A stretch of DNA of 64,000 nucleotides from Octopus vulgaris (GCA_951406725.2 OX597832.1:26226001-26290000); one strand, 5' to 3'. Positions 12,597 to 25,939 are shown, counted from the stretch's first letter. Notes: generated by a model not told the origin, from the sequence alone. Numbers and translations: made by a program.

Positions 12597-12718
12597 ATAT
12601 CAAACAAAAATGTCAAAAGTTGATTTTTTCATAAAGGTACAAATAAAACCTCGTCTTCATCCATCAAAAGAAATAGAGCTTAATTCACTGTATTTCACAA
12701 TGGAATTTAAGTTGGAGG

Positions 12719-12880
12719 ATACTGTAACCCTTCGCCATATCGCGGTTCACATATCGCGGTTCACATATCACGCTTCACATATCGCGTACTCAGTACATCG
12801 CGGATTTTTCTGGTTAATATATGTAAATTTATATCGCGAGCTAATCAGTATATGTGGGGTTTTCTGAGGCCGATAGGTAT
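12719..12880 (+). mobile_element. Tigger/pogo-like DNA-transposon end with an internal 14-bp tandem repeat (CATATCGCGGTTCA)
   Basis: TACTGTAACCCTTCGCCATATCGCGGTTCAC resembles pogo-type TIRs. No partner TIR was found. Confidence 0.45.
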
Positions 12881-12893
12881 TTATATTTTATTA

Positions 12894-13288
12894 TGTGGAG
12901 GCGCAATGGCCCAGTGGTTAGGGCAGCGGACTCGCGGTCGTAGGATCGCGGTTTCGATTCCCAGACCGGGCGTTGTGAGTGTTTATTGAGCGAAGACACC
13001 TAAAGCTCCACGAGGCTCTGGCAGGGGTGTGGTGGTGATCCCTGCTGAACTCTTTCACCACAACTTTCTCTCACTCTTACTTCCTGTTTCTGTTGTACCT
13101 GTATTTCAAAGGGCCGGCCTTGTCACTCTCTGTGTCACGCTGAATATCCCCGAGAACTACGTTAAGGGTACACGTGTCTGTGGAGTGCTCAGCCACTTGC
13201 ACGTTAATTTCACGAGCAGGCTGTTCCGTTGATCGGATCAACCGGAACCTTCGTCGTCGTAACCGACGGAGTGCTTCCATTCCATTCC
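12894..13288 (+). mobile_element. SINE family B, full length, (TTCCA)3 tail, 11-bp TSD
   Basis: TSD ATATTTTATTA at 12883-12893 and 13289-13299. Confidence 0.92.
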
Positions 13289-13825
13289 ATATTTTATTAG
13301 ATTTGAATTATTTATACCGATAGAATAAGTACTAGGCTTTAAAAAAAATAAGTCCTGGGGTTCATTCGTACTACTAAAGCCCTTCAAGTCGGTGCTCCAG
13401 CATGGCCGCAGTCAAATGGCTGAAACAAGTAACAGAGATAAAAGACTATACATGTGTGTGTGTATGTATGTTTGTAAAAATGTATCTATGAGTGTGTGTG
13501 TGCATAAATCAAACAAAAATGATCTAAGGGAAATAACTTTGGGTGAGCAGTGGCAGGTACACGTACAAAGACAAATTCAGGTATATTAAATACCATACAA
13601 CATAAATTCTTGCTTTATCAAAATTATCTCCGCCTCTAGAGGATGTGTCATAATGAACAAATGTCAATCGAGAAGGGGAGAAAAACTCAAGACTCAAGAA
13701 TTCTTCAGAATTGAGATGTCATTGAGAGAGCAGTGTTATTTCCCGAGGAAGGTAGTTGTGGACACATGTTTCTGCCTTAATTGGCATCATCAGCATGGTA
13801 ATTGTCCTACTCTTCTTCATCAGTC

Positions 13826-14150
<325 letters not shown>

Positions 14151-14600
14151 GTCTTCGGTACTCATACTGCTTCCGTCGCAGTTAACTTATTTTTACCCAG
14201 CTCGCCAGCTACTTGTGACACCAGTGACCAATTAATCACTGTCTTTTCTATATATCATTAGAGGCGAAGTTTTGCTAACATGCGGTAATAGTGGATAACT
14301 GCTGCTAATGACGCGCAAATCCGCAGAAATTACGTGATCTAGCAGTTCCACTGCCGATGCTGGTTATTTTTCGTCTGATACTTCTGTCCTTTTTTAGCAC
14401 TATACGTCTATACGAGATGCTTTCTCAAGACAGCCACCGCAGTATTATGGCGTTCTCACAGTGAATCTACGTTAAGTAGGATATACAGATTGCTTTACAC
14501 ATGCGCACGCGCGCGCATGTATGTCTAAGGAGAAAAACAGACATAGATACACAAAGAAACAGCTGGTGTAAGAAGGAGAGAATAAGGACCAATATCTCAC

Positions 14601-14840
14601 CTGACCAAGTAATCTTGCCATCACCGTTTTCATCGCCGAGAGCGTAATAACTCATACTGTCCCGTATCTCTTCATCACTCATGCCCATCCGCAATCCGAT
14701 CTTCTCAATATCGTCTTTTGTGATGATATTGTCATTGTTGGCGTCTTCTAGTGTAAACCATTCACGTGCCTTCATAGAATTAATTTCAGGTTGACTCACT
14801 GCCAGGATATACTCCGGAATAAAATCAATCATACCATTTT
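14601..14840 (-). CDS. Coding exon 4: rest of EF-hand 2, EF-hand 3 (DANNDNIITKDD) and EF-hand 4 (DENGDGKITWS-E)
   Basis: Acceptor ctttgtgttgcag| and donor CAG|gtgaga. 240 nt, phase 1 to 1. Two clear DxNxD EF loops. Confidence 0.93.
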
Positions 14841-15660
14841 CTGCAACACAAAGAATCGGTAGAGTTTACCCATTTAGTTTAAACAAATTTAATTTGATTA
14901 AACCACTTAATTTAAACTATCAAAGGGATAATATTTGTTTTTTGAGTTGTGAACCTAATACTTCACTTGGTCTAACACTATCACAGTCTCCCCTGCATGT
15001 TTTTTGAGTCCACTCTGTTGTAAACATTCAGACGAGGTTTACGATCTGAAGAAAGATGTGCTGCTGTGTACTGCACTAATCTAAAAGCAGCGATTCTTTC
15101 ACCACCAGTTTCGGTCCTGTGAACTGTGGCCCCGAAAAAAAAAGGTTTTTCTGCTCCCAGAGGCTCCATTACTCATTGCGGGGAAAATTTTATGAGTCTA
15201 AAACTATTTCGTAAGTAATATATGTTCAAAAAGTGACGGTGGAGGTGGCGGTTGTGTTGGGGAGGGAGTTACGTTAGTTTACTAGTAGTCCCACTCTCGC
15301 TCTGACCAAGCAGCACTTGGTACATAGAACTTGTCCTCTTCGCCTTTGTTGACCTCATCGTCATAGTAATAACAGTGGTGGTGGTAGTATTGTTGTTGTG
15401 GTGGTGGTGGTAGTGGTGGTCGTGGGTGTAGTGGTGGTGGTGTGGAGGTGATGCGGTAGTGGTTGTGCTTGTGGGAGTAACGGTGGTAGAGGAGGTGGTG
15501 GTGGTGGTGGTGGCCGTGACGGCGGCGGCGGTAGGGCGTTTATAGGTGTTGTTGGTAGTAGTAGTAGTAGTAGTGGTAGTAGTAGTAGTAGCAGCAGCAG
15601 CAGCAACGGTGGCTGCAGCTATTGTTGTAGTTGTGCCCATCTTAATGTGGTCTTACTTAC

Positions 15661-15807
15661 TATTTAGATCTCTGCTTGCTATGAATTCTTCCACCAAACT
15701 TTTTGAAACGGTAGGATCGTATTTCATGAGGTAATTGGTGACTTCTTTCTTTGTCGCTCTGCCATCTTTGTTCAAATCAAAGAAACGGTGGAACCGCTCT
15801 TGGAGAG
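15661..15807 (-). CDS. Coding exon 3: EF-hand 1 (DLNKDGRATKKE) and start of EF-hand 2
   Basis: Acceptor tatttctag| and donor A|gtaagt. 147 nt, phase 1 to 1. Translation LQERFHRFFDLNKDGRATKKEVTNYLMKYDPTVSKSLVEEFIASRDLN. Confidence 0.92.
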
Positions 15808-15862
15808 CTAGAAATACAGGTAACAAACAAACAATAGAAATGCTATTTTTACTGGCAGGTGA

Positions 15863-15941
<79 letters not shown>

Positions 15942-16286
15942 GATCGTAGGAGCACTAGGAATGATCAAGAAGGGAACCGAAAATTATATGAGAATGATCC
16001 CTGGCTTACCATCCCTGCAAGAAGTGCAAAAGATTGTCTTAACTGGTACATCACACGTATTGAGAAGAGCATTGTCGATGTGAGAACTGTTGCTGCTCAT
16101 GTATTTTAATTTAACTTAAAAAAAAAAAAAAATTGAACGAACTACTGAGTTTGGTTTAATGGCCTACCAATGAATACTATGAGTTTCTTTGCCCTAGGAG
16201 TCGGGAAGACACTCGGCAAGAAATGGAAGCAAATTTGAAAGAAGAAAAAAAAGAAGAAAAAAAGTAATAATAATAATAATAATTAT

Positions 16287-16319
<33 letters not shown>

Positions 16320-16724
16320 AACGACGACGACGACAACAACAACAACACATACATGCATACATATATATACGGTGAAAATTGATAAACATCCTTCAGCTAT
16401 ACATTCGTTACTTCCAATCATCAGCGGGTTTACCCAAGCGCACGCACGCGCACACACATCCTCAATTTTATATATATTGAAAGAGAGGTAGAGAAATTAA
16501 CATAAGTCATCAGGAGTAATGTCCCTTGAACCAACGAAGCAACCAACTTATGCGATCGCTCGTATTGTTTACTAAGGAAAGGGGGTTTTCTGCCCTCAGA
16601 GGCCCCATTACTCATTATGTGAAAAATTTTCAGTCTAAAACTATCTCAGGAGCATGAGTAATATATGTTCCCAGTTTGGAGAAAATCAGTTGCGAACTTC
16701 AGAAGGTCTGCGGGTTTACTCACA

Positions 16725-16740
16725 CATACACACACATACA

Positions 16741-16780
<40 letters not shown>

Positions 16781-16791
16781 TATATATATAT

Positions 16792-16864
<73 letters not shown>

Positions 16865-16865
16865 G

Positions 16866-16932
<67 letters not shown>

Positions 16933-16954
16933 CAGACAGAGAGACAGACAGACT

Positions 16955-17030
<76 letters not shown>
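16725..17030. repeat. (CA)n/(GATA)n microsatellite; similar GATA arrays at 20442-20530, 28367-28681, 31518-31750, 37817-37880, 48996-49056 and 60006-60314
   Basis: Direct inspection. Confidence 0.95.
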
Positions 17031-17031
<1 letters not shown>

Positions 17032-17179
17032 AAGCATTACACAAACATACGTGCACATACTCATATGTGCGTTTGTGAAATATGCATACACACACATATG
17101 TATGTATATACGTAAATACATAAATACACACAAAAACACCGACACACACACATATGTACTCAGAAACATTTATACATAT

Positions 17180-17590
17180 GGCGCAGGAGTGGCTGTGTGG
17201 TAAGTAGCTTGCTAACCAACCACATGGTTCTGGGTTCAGTCCCACTGCGTGGCATCTTGGGCAAGTGTCTTCTGCTATAGCCCCGGGCCGACCAATGCCT
17301 TGTGAGTATATATGTATGTGTATATGTCGTATATATGTCGTATATATGTATATATATATATGTATGTGTATATGTTTGTGTGTCTGTGTTTGTTCCCCTA
17401 GCATTGCTTGACAACCGATGCTGGTGTGTTTACGTCCCCGTCACTTAGCGGTTCGGCAAAAAGAGACCGATAGAATAAGTACTGGGCTTACAAAAAGATA
17501 AAGTCCCGGGGTCGATTTGCTCGACTAAAGGCGGTGCTCCAGCATGGCCGCAGTCAAATGACTGAAACAAGTAAATGAGTAAATGAGTAT
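17180..17590 (+). mobile_element. SINE family A; further + copies at 18443-18855, 19543-19770, 26327-26723 and 26727-27137
   Basis: Full head-to-tail similarity to the 2477 copy. Confidence 0.9.
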
Positions 17591-18596
17591 ATACATCCAC
17601 GCATGTTTACAAATACGAGGTTCACCCCGTAACTCACGAAATAACAAATCCAAATGGGAAGCCACACATTCTCATCAGTTCATTATTAAAGGCCAGCGGG
17701 TGGTTGCTATTGGATGCTGTAAACATGGAGAACACTTCGTCCTTACCAGCGTCAATTGCGACGGTGTTGGACGGTGTGTATATTTCTGAGTGTATTTTGC
17801 ATTTATACGCAATGTGTTGAAAGCACCATTACACATATCCATGTACGTTCATTCATATGCATGTTCTCAAATAACCTTTGCATTAGTGATTTTTAATGTT
17901 TTTACCCCCATACTTTCGTGAGTTGAATTGAGCAAACACTATATGAGAGAGATTTTCTTTAAGTATTAGAAATAGTTTAAAAAAAAATTTTTTAGCTGCT
18001 ATTTCTAATGAGTTCAGTATGTGGCAAAGTAATTTATTTTACTAAGCCCCTTTTATATAATGTAATAATTTGAATTCGCCTTAAATGGTCCCTTTACATA
18101 CTGAATACTTGGTAAAATTGATTAATAATTAATTAATTTTACCCTCAATTGTTGAAATTATATATATATATATATATATATATAGGTGTAAAAATAATTA
18201 CAGACATGGACAAGAACATGAAACGCCACAGAGACGACACAAGAACCACAGGACGGGACATTCGAAGCCCTCAGTCATCAGTCAAGAACCAGATCATATT
18301 TCGGCTGATATGAGATCCGATATGGGCAGCCCGCCAAGGGAAATCTAAGCCAAGTGCATTAGATCCCCTGGAAGAAAGCTTCGAATGTATACAACACGAG
18401 GACGGAAAACGAACGAAGTACACGATATATATATATATATTTAGGCGCAGGTGTGGCTGTTGTGGTAAGTAGCTTGTTTACCAACCACATGGTTCCGGGT
18501 TCAGTCCCACTGCGTGGCACCTTGGGCAAGTGTCTTCTACTATAGCCTCGGGCATTTGGTAGACGGAAACTGAAAGAAGCCCGTCATATATATGTA

Positions 18597-18640
<44 letters not shown>

Positions 18641-18857
18641 CGTGTGCATATGTTTGTGTGTCTGTGTTTGTCCCTCCAACATCGCTGGTGTGTTTACATC
18701 CCCGTAACTTAGCGGTTCGGCAAAATAGACCGATAGGATAAGTACTTGGCTTACAAAGAATAAGCCCTGGGGTCGATTTGTTCGACTAAAGGCGGTGCTT
18801 CAGCATGGCCGCAGTCAAATGACTGAAACAAGTAAAAGAGTAAAAGAGTAAGAGTAT

Positions 18858-18922
<65 letters not shown>

Positions 18923-19030
18923 CCTGCTCGCTTAGCCAGCGGGGTGGCGTCATTTGAAGGCTAAAACAAGCGCATTGTGACCAGCGATGTGTCGCAACAT
19001 CTGATATCCTGGTCGGTCACGATGATGATG

Positions 19031-19061
<31 letters not shown>

Positions 19062-19884
19062 TATATATATATCGTGTCATCTGTTACTTGTTTCAGCCAT
19101 TGGACTGCGGCCATACTGGGGCAGCGTCTCGAGAATTGACCCCAGTACTTGTTTTCTAAGGCTAATACTTATTTATGTCATTCCCCTTTTGTCGAACCGC
19201 TATCTTACGGGAACGTAAACAAACCAACCTCAGATGTAAAGTGGTGGATAACAAAGACACACACGCACACTCACACAAACATATCCGAATTCTGGAGTGG
19301 TTCCACTTCTTAGTCTGTCTGTCTGTCTGTCTGTCTCCCTCCTTCCCTTTCCCTCTCTCCATGAGTCACATGATGGCTGTGTTGCCGGATGAATGTGTGC
19401 GAGAGTCGAAGATTTACCTATGTCTGCTCGTGATTATTCGGGCATCTCAAAGAATTAGCGAAAGCATGGTACATGTTTGCAAGCAATACTGGCTCGTGTG
19501 TATGATTTGTGTAACATGGCTTCAGCATACATATATACAAACAGGCACAAGCGTGGCTGTGTGGTAAGAAGCTTGCTTTCCAACGACAAGATCCCAGGTT
19601 CAGCCCCATTGCGTGGTTCCTCGGGCAAGTGTCTTCTACTAAAGCCTCGGGCCGACCAAAGCCTTGTGAGTGGATTTAGTAGACGGAAACTTAAACAAGC
19701 CTGTCGTAGATATATAAACATGTATGTGTGTGTGTGCGTGCGTCTGTGTCTGTGTCTGGTCATGTGGTTTACAGTAAAAACACATACCCAGCAAGACTCA
19801 TCTAGGGACCAGAAGCAACAAGCTGAGCAAGCAAATCTTATATAGAGATGAAATATATCTTTGCAAACACAAATTTAATAAACT

Positions 19885-20135
19885 CTGGAGCAAATTGAAA
19901 TAATCACGAAGTAGTTGACAATAAAATCGAAGCAATTTAAAACAGACTCGAAGCAATTTAAAATAATCTTAAATCAATTTAAAATAATCTTAAAGCAATT
20001 TAAAATAATTTTAAAGCAATTTAAAATAATCTTAAAGCAATTTAAAGTAAACCCAAAGCTGATTAAAATACACTCGAAGCTGATTAAAATAAACTCGAAG
20101 TTAATTAAATTAACAGGAAACAAATTGAAATAATC
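19885..20135. repeat. 21-bp minisatellite (AAGCAATTTAAAATAATCTTA), about 11 copies
   Basis: Direct periodicity. It produces the spurious KQFKIIL heptad ORF. Confidence 0.9.
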
Positions 20136-20441
20136 TGTTTGTCACTGCTCGGGTTTTTATACACTATAAATAGCAATTACTTACGAAGCCCCCTCCCCCC
20201 TTATACAGAAGATGGATATTGATTCTCTAATGAAGGCATAACTTGATTAGAAATTAATAAAATTGATCGATTTATTTTCTCTTCACGGAGGAATATAAAT
20301 CGGTGGAATAAGCACTTTATTATTGGTGCCTTATAACGAAGCTGAAATTGTATGCGTATCAAAATGGTGCATTTTATATTCCATCCCAAGTTATTAACGT
20401 ATTAAGATATATATGCATATACACACACGGTGAGGATAGAC

Positions 20442-20530
<89 letters not shown>

Positions 20531-20783
20531 CACATATAGGCAAACATACAAATAAATGTGTGTGTGCGCGTATGTGTGTAAATAAAAACAGTTTGATAAA
20601 AGGATATGCATGTACGCATTATTATACGCATATATATACATATACACATACACATACATGCGTATATATATATACACATACATACACGTATGTATGTGTA
20701 TGCATACATGTGTGTACCTGTCTTTGTATATAATATATATATATATATATATATGGAGAGAGAGAGAGAGAGACATATATATC

Positions 20784-20858
<75 letters not shown>

Positions 20859-21199
20859 CAATGATAAATCTCAGAGTTATAAACAGTAGCGGTAACACAA
20901 ATGGCAAATATGCGTCACTATATATATATATTTATATATATATACATACATACGGACTCTGCCGTTAACATTTATTCTACTGACATACATATAAATAGAT
21001 TAAATGTTAATTAATGTAGTGAGATGTTTGGGTTTTTTATTTAATTAAAAAGTGGTGTATTTCGGCAAATGCCTTGAGGCCCAAATGTATTCCATGATTA
21101 TACATTCATGTACAAAGTACGGCTGCATAAGTATACAAGTATGGATATATATATATATATAAGCATGCAAGTGTACATATGTGTAAGTATGTATATACG

Positions 21200-21273
<74 letters not shown>

Positions 21274-21346
21274 TATATATATACATATACATATACTCAT
21301 ACATATGTACATACATCCATATATATATATATATAAATATATATAT

Positions 21347-21395
<49 letters not shown>

Positions 21396-21545
21396 TATAG
21401 ATATTTCCACCCCCATCTTTTATATGTGTGTGTGTGTGTATGTACGTGTACATGCGAATATACGTGCGTATATATTCATACATATATGCATATATAGGAA
21501 CATTCGTAGATTTGTACACACACATCAGAAATTCATATACACACC

Positions 21546-21581
<36 letters not shown>

Positions 21582-21966
21582 TAATACACCACTTCAATAT
21601 ATATCGACAGAATTGCGCGCATATTACGAAATTGCGCATTAGGACATGTTAATAACATTTTCTCTGTTTTTCGCTTTATTTTTCCTATTTTCCAATTTGT
21701 TGGGGGTATTTTGCTTATATTCATGTTCTTTTTCTTTATTTTTTTATGTGTTTGTTTCTTTGTTGTTGTTTTGTTTTTGTTTTTTGTTTTATTTCTTTGG
21801 TTTGGTCTAAACTAAAAATCTAATTATATTGAAATGAGAAACCAGAACCTCGGTAGAAATTAGAAAATAGAAACCGGAATTTTTTTTGCGAAAGACCTTT
21901 TGGATGAAATATGCTGTCTCTGGATGCCAATATTTGTGTGTGCGAGTGTATGTGTGCATGTGCCTG

Positions 21967-22009
<43 letters not shown>

Positions 22010-22204
22010 TGTGTGTGTGTGGTGGCTCTGATTATGTGTTGCACTAAAGAAGCTTTTATGAATGGGTTGGTAATTGTGGATAACGTTCACGCACCCGTAT
22101 AGACACACGCACACATACATACACACAAACACACAAACAAATTTAGATAGACAGATAGATACACAGACATCCATGTACATATACATTTATACATGTATGT
22201 GTGC

Positions 22205-22268
<64 letters not shown>

Positions 22269-23686
22269 GCACACAGTTGAAGCACTCCTGTCACAACCTG
22301 GGACCTTGAAGACTGCTTTAATGCAAGAAAGTATACTAGTCCCTTAATATTTGATATTCAGTATTTCATCTATTCAATAAGACAATCAATACTTCATTTC
22401 ATTTTACAATGTATATATTATTTATACTATATATTCTATTCTACATTAGTATTATAAAGAATATAAGTAAAACATCAAAAACAGAGTTGGAATTATTTTG
22501 AATAATATATATCCCTCTATACACAATCATACAAAACCCTTTATATATATATATATATTATTCTTTATATAGCATTATGGATAAAATCACTGTAATGATT
22601 TTATCAAGCGGTCAGCGTGAAATAAAAAGCTTGTCGGTAATTTTATATACTAAATTCATAATTATATACATAATTATATTAAAGGAAATGGATTACCCAC
22701 TCCAACACGCATACTCACTTTGATTTATACCAAATTTAGGAAAATGAACGGGTTATATCCCTTGGCTATATATAAGGATCTTCCAGGGGCGAATAGGTTA
22801 TTTCCTTTGGGTTTTAAAATAAAATATATTAGATCTATATAAGGATCCCTTTCAGGGGCCCTATTATCGATTTTTTTTTCAACAATCTGAGTATGCCATG
22901 AGGTTTCCAGACATGAGTTCTACTCACGTGTCAAGTTTCATCAAAATCGATAAAACGATGTTGGGGGAGTTAGCTAACAACTCCACAAACACAACCACAG
23001 ACAGAATTTCCCACATATGTAGTGGATACATATATATATCATAACGAAGTGTTAGCGCTAAGCAATGTTTACGCATGAGCAGAATTTAGGTTATTTGAAA
23101 TATGTTTGTGATATATTTCAACTGCTAAATGGCAAATACCCAGCAGTTATCGTGGAGAATATATCTCTCTTATGCTGAAAAGGTGTGAAAACACCCGGTT
23201 TGTTCAGTGTCGCTATCTATTAGGAATCCCAGACATCGATATTTCAAGCTTCTTGGCTCTTGTCGATGAGATATACCTAAGAGAGGCAACTCTGAACGAA
23301 CCTGTACTGGAGTGTTTTTGCCTTTTAGCAGTTGAAATATGTCACAAACATGTTTCAACTAACCAAAATTCTGCTTATATATGTGGTCTGATCAACACGT
23401 ATCCGGACTGTTGCCATACTAACGAATCTATAGCAAGGAAAGTGAAGCCGCTTGGCATGGATTGACCTTGAACTATCCTGTGCATGTACACTAAGTTTTA
23501 AGGTTCTAGCTCACTCCCGGATACTTATTGATCAGACTTCGTATATCATCTTTTGCCGGTTTCACTCATTGGACTGCAGCCATCGATCAGGATCCGAGTC
23601 TATATCGCATAGCTAACACACTGACAGATTATAACTCAACCATACGTACATCCTTCTTCAACCAAAGAACAAATGTTTTGTCTTAC

Positions 23687-23714
23687 CTTCAATTTTATCC
23701 ATACCATAACATGG
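23687..23714 (-). CDS. Coding exon 2 (28-nt microexon, PCYGMDKIE+G) of the EF-hand gene
   Basis: Strong acceptor ttttcgttttgtttttacag| and donor AAG|gtaaga. Its phase 0 to phase 1 change is exactly what is needed to join exon 1 to exon 3. Confidence 0.8.
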
Positions 23715-23969
23715 CTGTAAAAACAAAACGAAAAATATTTCATTATCAAAAAATTCGTAAAATTTGAGCTCAAACATTCGCTAAAAAAATGTTTGTAGAC
23801 TTTGTGGGGTGGGGCATGGGGGAGGGGGGTAAGCCTTTAATATCTTTAATCCTGTGATTTTATATCATTGTAACATACACCAACAAACGAACATTTACAT
23901 CTTTCTTTTACTTGTTTCAATCATTGGACTGCGCCCATGCTGGGGCGCTGCCTTGAAAATAAAGATTTA

Positions 23970-24042
23970 CGAGCACGACGAGACTCGAACACGTCATCTT
24001 CATATTCGAAGTCAGATGCCTTGTCCATTGGGCCATCCGGCT
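23970..24042 (-). pseudogene. Degenerate tRNA-Arg(TCG)
   Basis: AGCCGGATGGCCCAATGGACAAGGCATCTGACTTCGAATATGAAGATGACGTGTTCGAGTCTCGTCGTGCTCG. A box and B box (GTTCGAGTC) are present and the anticodon loop is CTTCGAA, but the acceptor and anticodon stems are largely unpaired. Confidence 0.7.
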
Positions 24043-24067
24043 ACCTTGAAAATGAAGTTCTCACAGA

Positions 24068-24139
24068 AACCTCCAGTGAGATCGAGCTCACGACCCCTGG
24101 TTTACAAGACCCGTGTTCTAACCACTAAGCTATGGAAGC
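24068..24139 (-). pseudogene. Degenerate tRNA-Thr(TGT)
   Basis: GCTTCCATAGCTTAGTGGTTAGAACACGGGTCTTGTAAACCAGGGGTCGTGAGCTCGATCTCACTGGAGGT. The acceptor stem pairs and the anticodon loop is CTTGTAA, but the D and anticodon stems have mismatches and the T-loop is CTCGAT (T54 lost, 1 nt short). Confidence 0.8.
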
Positions 24140-24514
24140 AACTATATATCCAAATAAATTATTTCAACGGTGTATCTCGAAGTGGAAACAGCTATAAATA
24201 AAAGCATGTAATATCTTCTTTCGGCGAGAAGCGTCTCACAATACTAAACCAACGGCTTTGTTTAGGCTCAACGTTTCGACTGCTTCTGGTTGCAGAGACA
24301 CAACAGGTCGAAACACCTGTCTCAGAATGCCACGTGTTGAGCACTCGTCTCATTGGCGCAAAAGAGAGAGCGAGGTTATACTCCTGAGACATACACTACG
24401 GCGCTCAGCATATTTTGTGTCAGAACCTGCCTAGATGTGTCAAGAATAAACACGCAAATATTCATTATATGTCACTTCATTCGCTTTGAGATACAACGAT
24501 AAATAATATATCTT

Positions 24515-24745
24515 TTATCGTTTGATTCTTTCAGCCATTAGACTGTGGCCATGCTGGAGCACCGGCTTGAAAAACTTCAAGTTGAATGAATCGAGCCCAG
24601 TACATTTTTTAGATATCTGGCACTTATTCTATCGGTCTCTTTTGCCGAACCGCTAAACTATGGGGACATAAATACACCGGCACCTGTTGTCAAGCGGTGA
24701 TGAGGCACAAACACACAAACATACACGCACACACTCATGTACATG

Positions 24746-24792
<47 letters not shown>

Positions 24793-24930
24793 CAGGCTTC
24801 TTTCAATTTCCGTCTACCAAAACCACTCACAAAACATTGGTTGGCCCGAAGCTATAGTAGAAAACACTTGCCCGAGGCATCACACAGTGGGATTGAACCC
24901 GGAACCATATTGTTGGGAAGCAAGCTTCTT
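24515..24930 (-). mobile_element. Older family A SINE; further minus copies at 41530-41955 and 48478-48920
   Basis: Reverse-complement similarity to family A. Confidence 0.85.
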
Positions 24931-25794
24931 AAGCTTCTACATTTAGAATGTGAACAGTTGTATATTTATTAACTGAACAACCACAACTACTTCTGGCAAT
25001 CCCGTAGGGTTTAAACTACCCGTGATATACAGTGTCACGGCAGCGCCCCTATGAGGTCTCTCCAAAGAAGGAACCAGTAAAAAAAAAAACTGGGAAGAAA
25101 ATGCGCATATGTATGTAATCGTGTGTAATCGTGTGTAATCGCGTGTAATCGTGTGTAATGTTGAGCGCCAAAGAGAGAGCTGACAATTTGTCCTTCAGAG
25201 CATAAGCCAATCACCTATCGGACCCCACTGGACCACCTTCTTCACCACGAACGAACTAATATATAACACGGAAAGGATGTAGAGGAAAGAAAGGAATGGT
25301 CAATATTTATACTAGTAATTAACCAAATATAAATCACCGATTCCAGATAAAATAGATGGTTTTTGGAAATTTCCAAACAGAAGAAACAATTTGAATCATT
25401 CTAAAGAGAAGCACGTATTTTTTTAAATAAAAAAAAATTTCTTAATTCAACGATGGCATCATCTTTTTGACGTATTTACTTGTCGTGAAATAAATGGTGT
25501 TTCGAAAAGTAGAAAACGATGAACATTGACAAACAATAAAGTGGAAGCAAACAGCTATTATCTTTCAAAGGAAATACAGAATTCTCTTTTATTCTAAAAA
25601 GTCTCAGTTGTAATTCGCACGTCTTCGGTAGACTTGGGGTCTGTAGGATTGTTTATAGGTCCTTTTTTTTATCGTTTGCTTGTTTCGGTCATTGGATTGC
25701 AGCCATTATGGGGCTCCTTTGTGAAGGGTTCAATCGAACATATCGATCTTATTACTTTTTTTGTTTCTTTTCAGTGTAGTACTTATTTTATCGG

Positions 25795-25857
<63 letters not shown>

Positions 25858-25886
25858 TAACTATTACTTAACTACCCTCTCACACC

Positions 25887-25939
25887 GTCTTCGATGAAAT
25901 GGATATAATTAATAAATATCCTGGAAACAGCTGTAAGAC
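25887..25939 (+). ncRNA. Minimal hammerhead-like motif with ACAGCTGT palindromic stem III, in a Penelope-like remnant between (TA)n tracts
   Basis: GTCT-TCGATGA-aat-GGATAT...ATATCC-tg-GAAACAGCTGTA-AGAC. The core deviates from CTGATGA at its first two positions. Confidence 0.45.

Noticed and set aside
17747-17785. Possible 39-nt cassette exon (AG...|gtaagg) in intron 2
   Set aside because: No polypyrimidine tract, not required for frame, and it lies in what looks like a TACGAGG-ended mariner-like fragment starting near 17614.
18255-18290. CTGATGA on the minus strand as a hammerhead core
   Set aside because: It is followed by GAAT rather than GAAA, with no convincing stems I and II.
19915-20133. 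KQFKIIL heptad ORF resembling a coiled coil
   Set aside because: It is the translation of a 21-bp minisatellite.
20185-20226. Possible 42-nt exon with a gtaagt donor
   Set aside because: Weak acceptor, and in the phase-1 context of this intron it would introduce a TAA stop.
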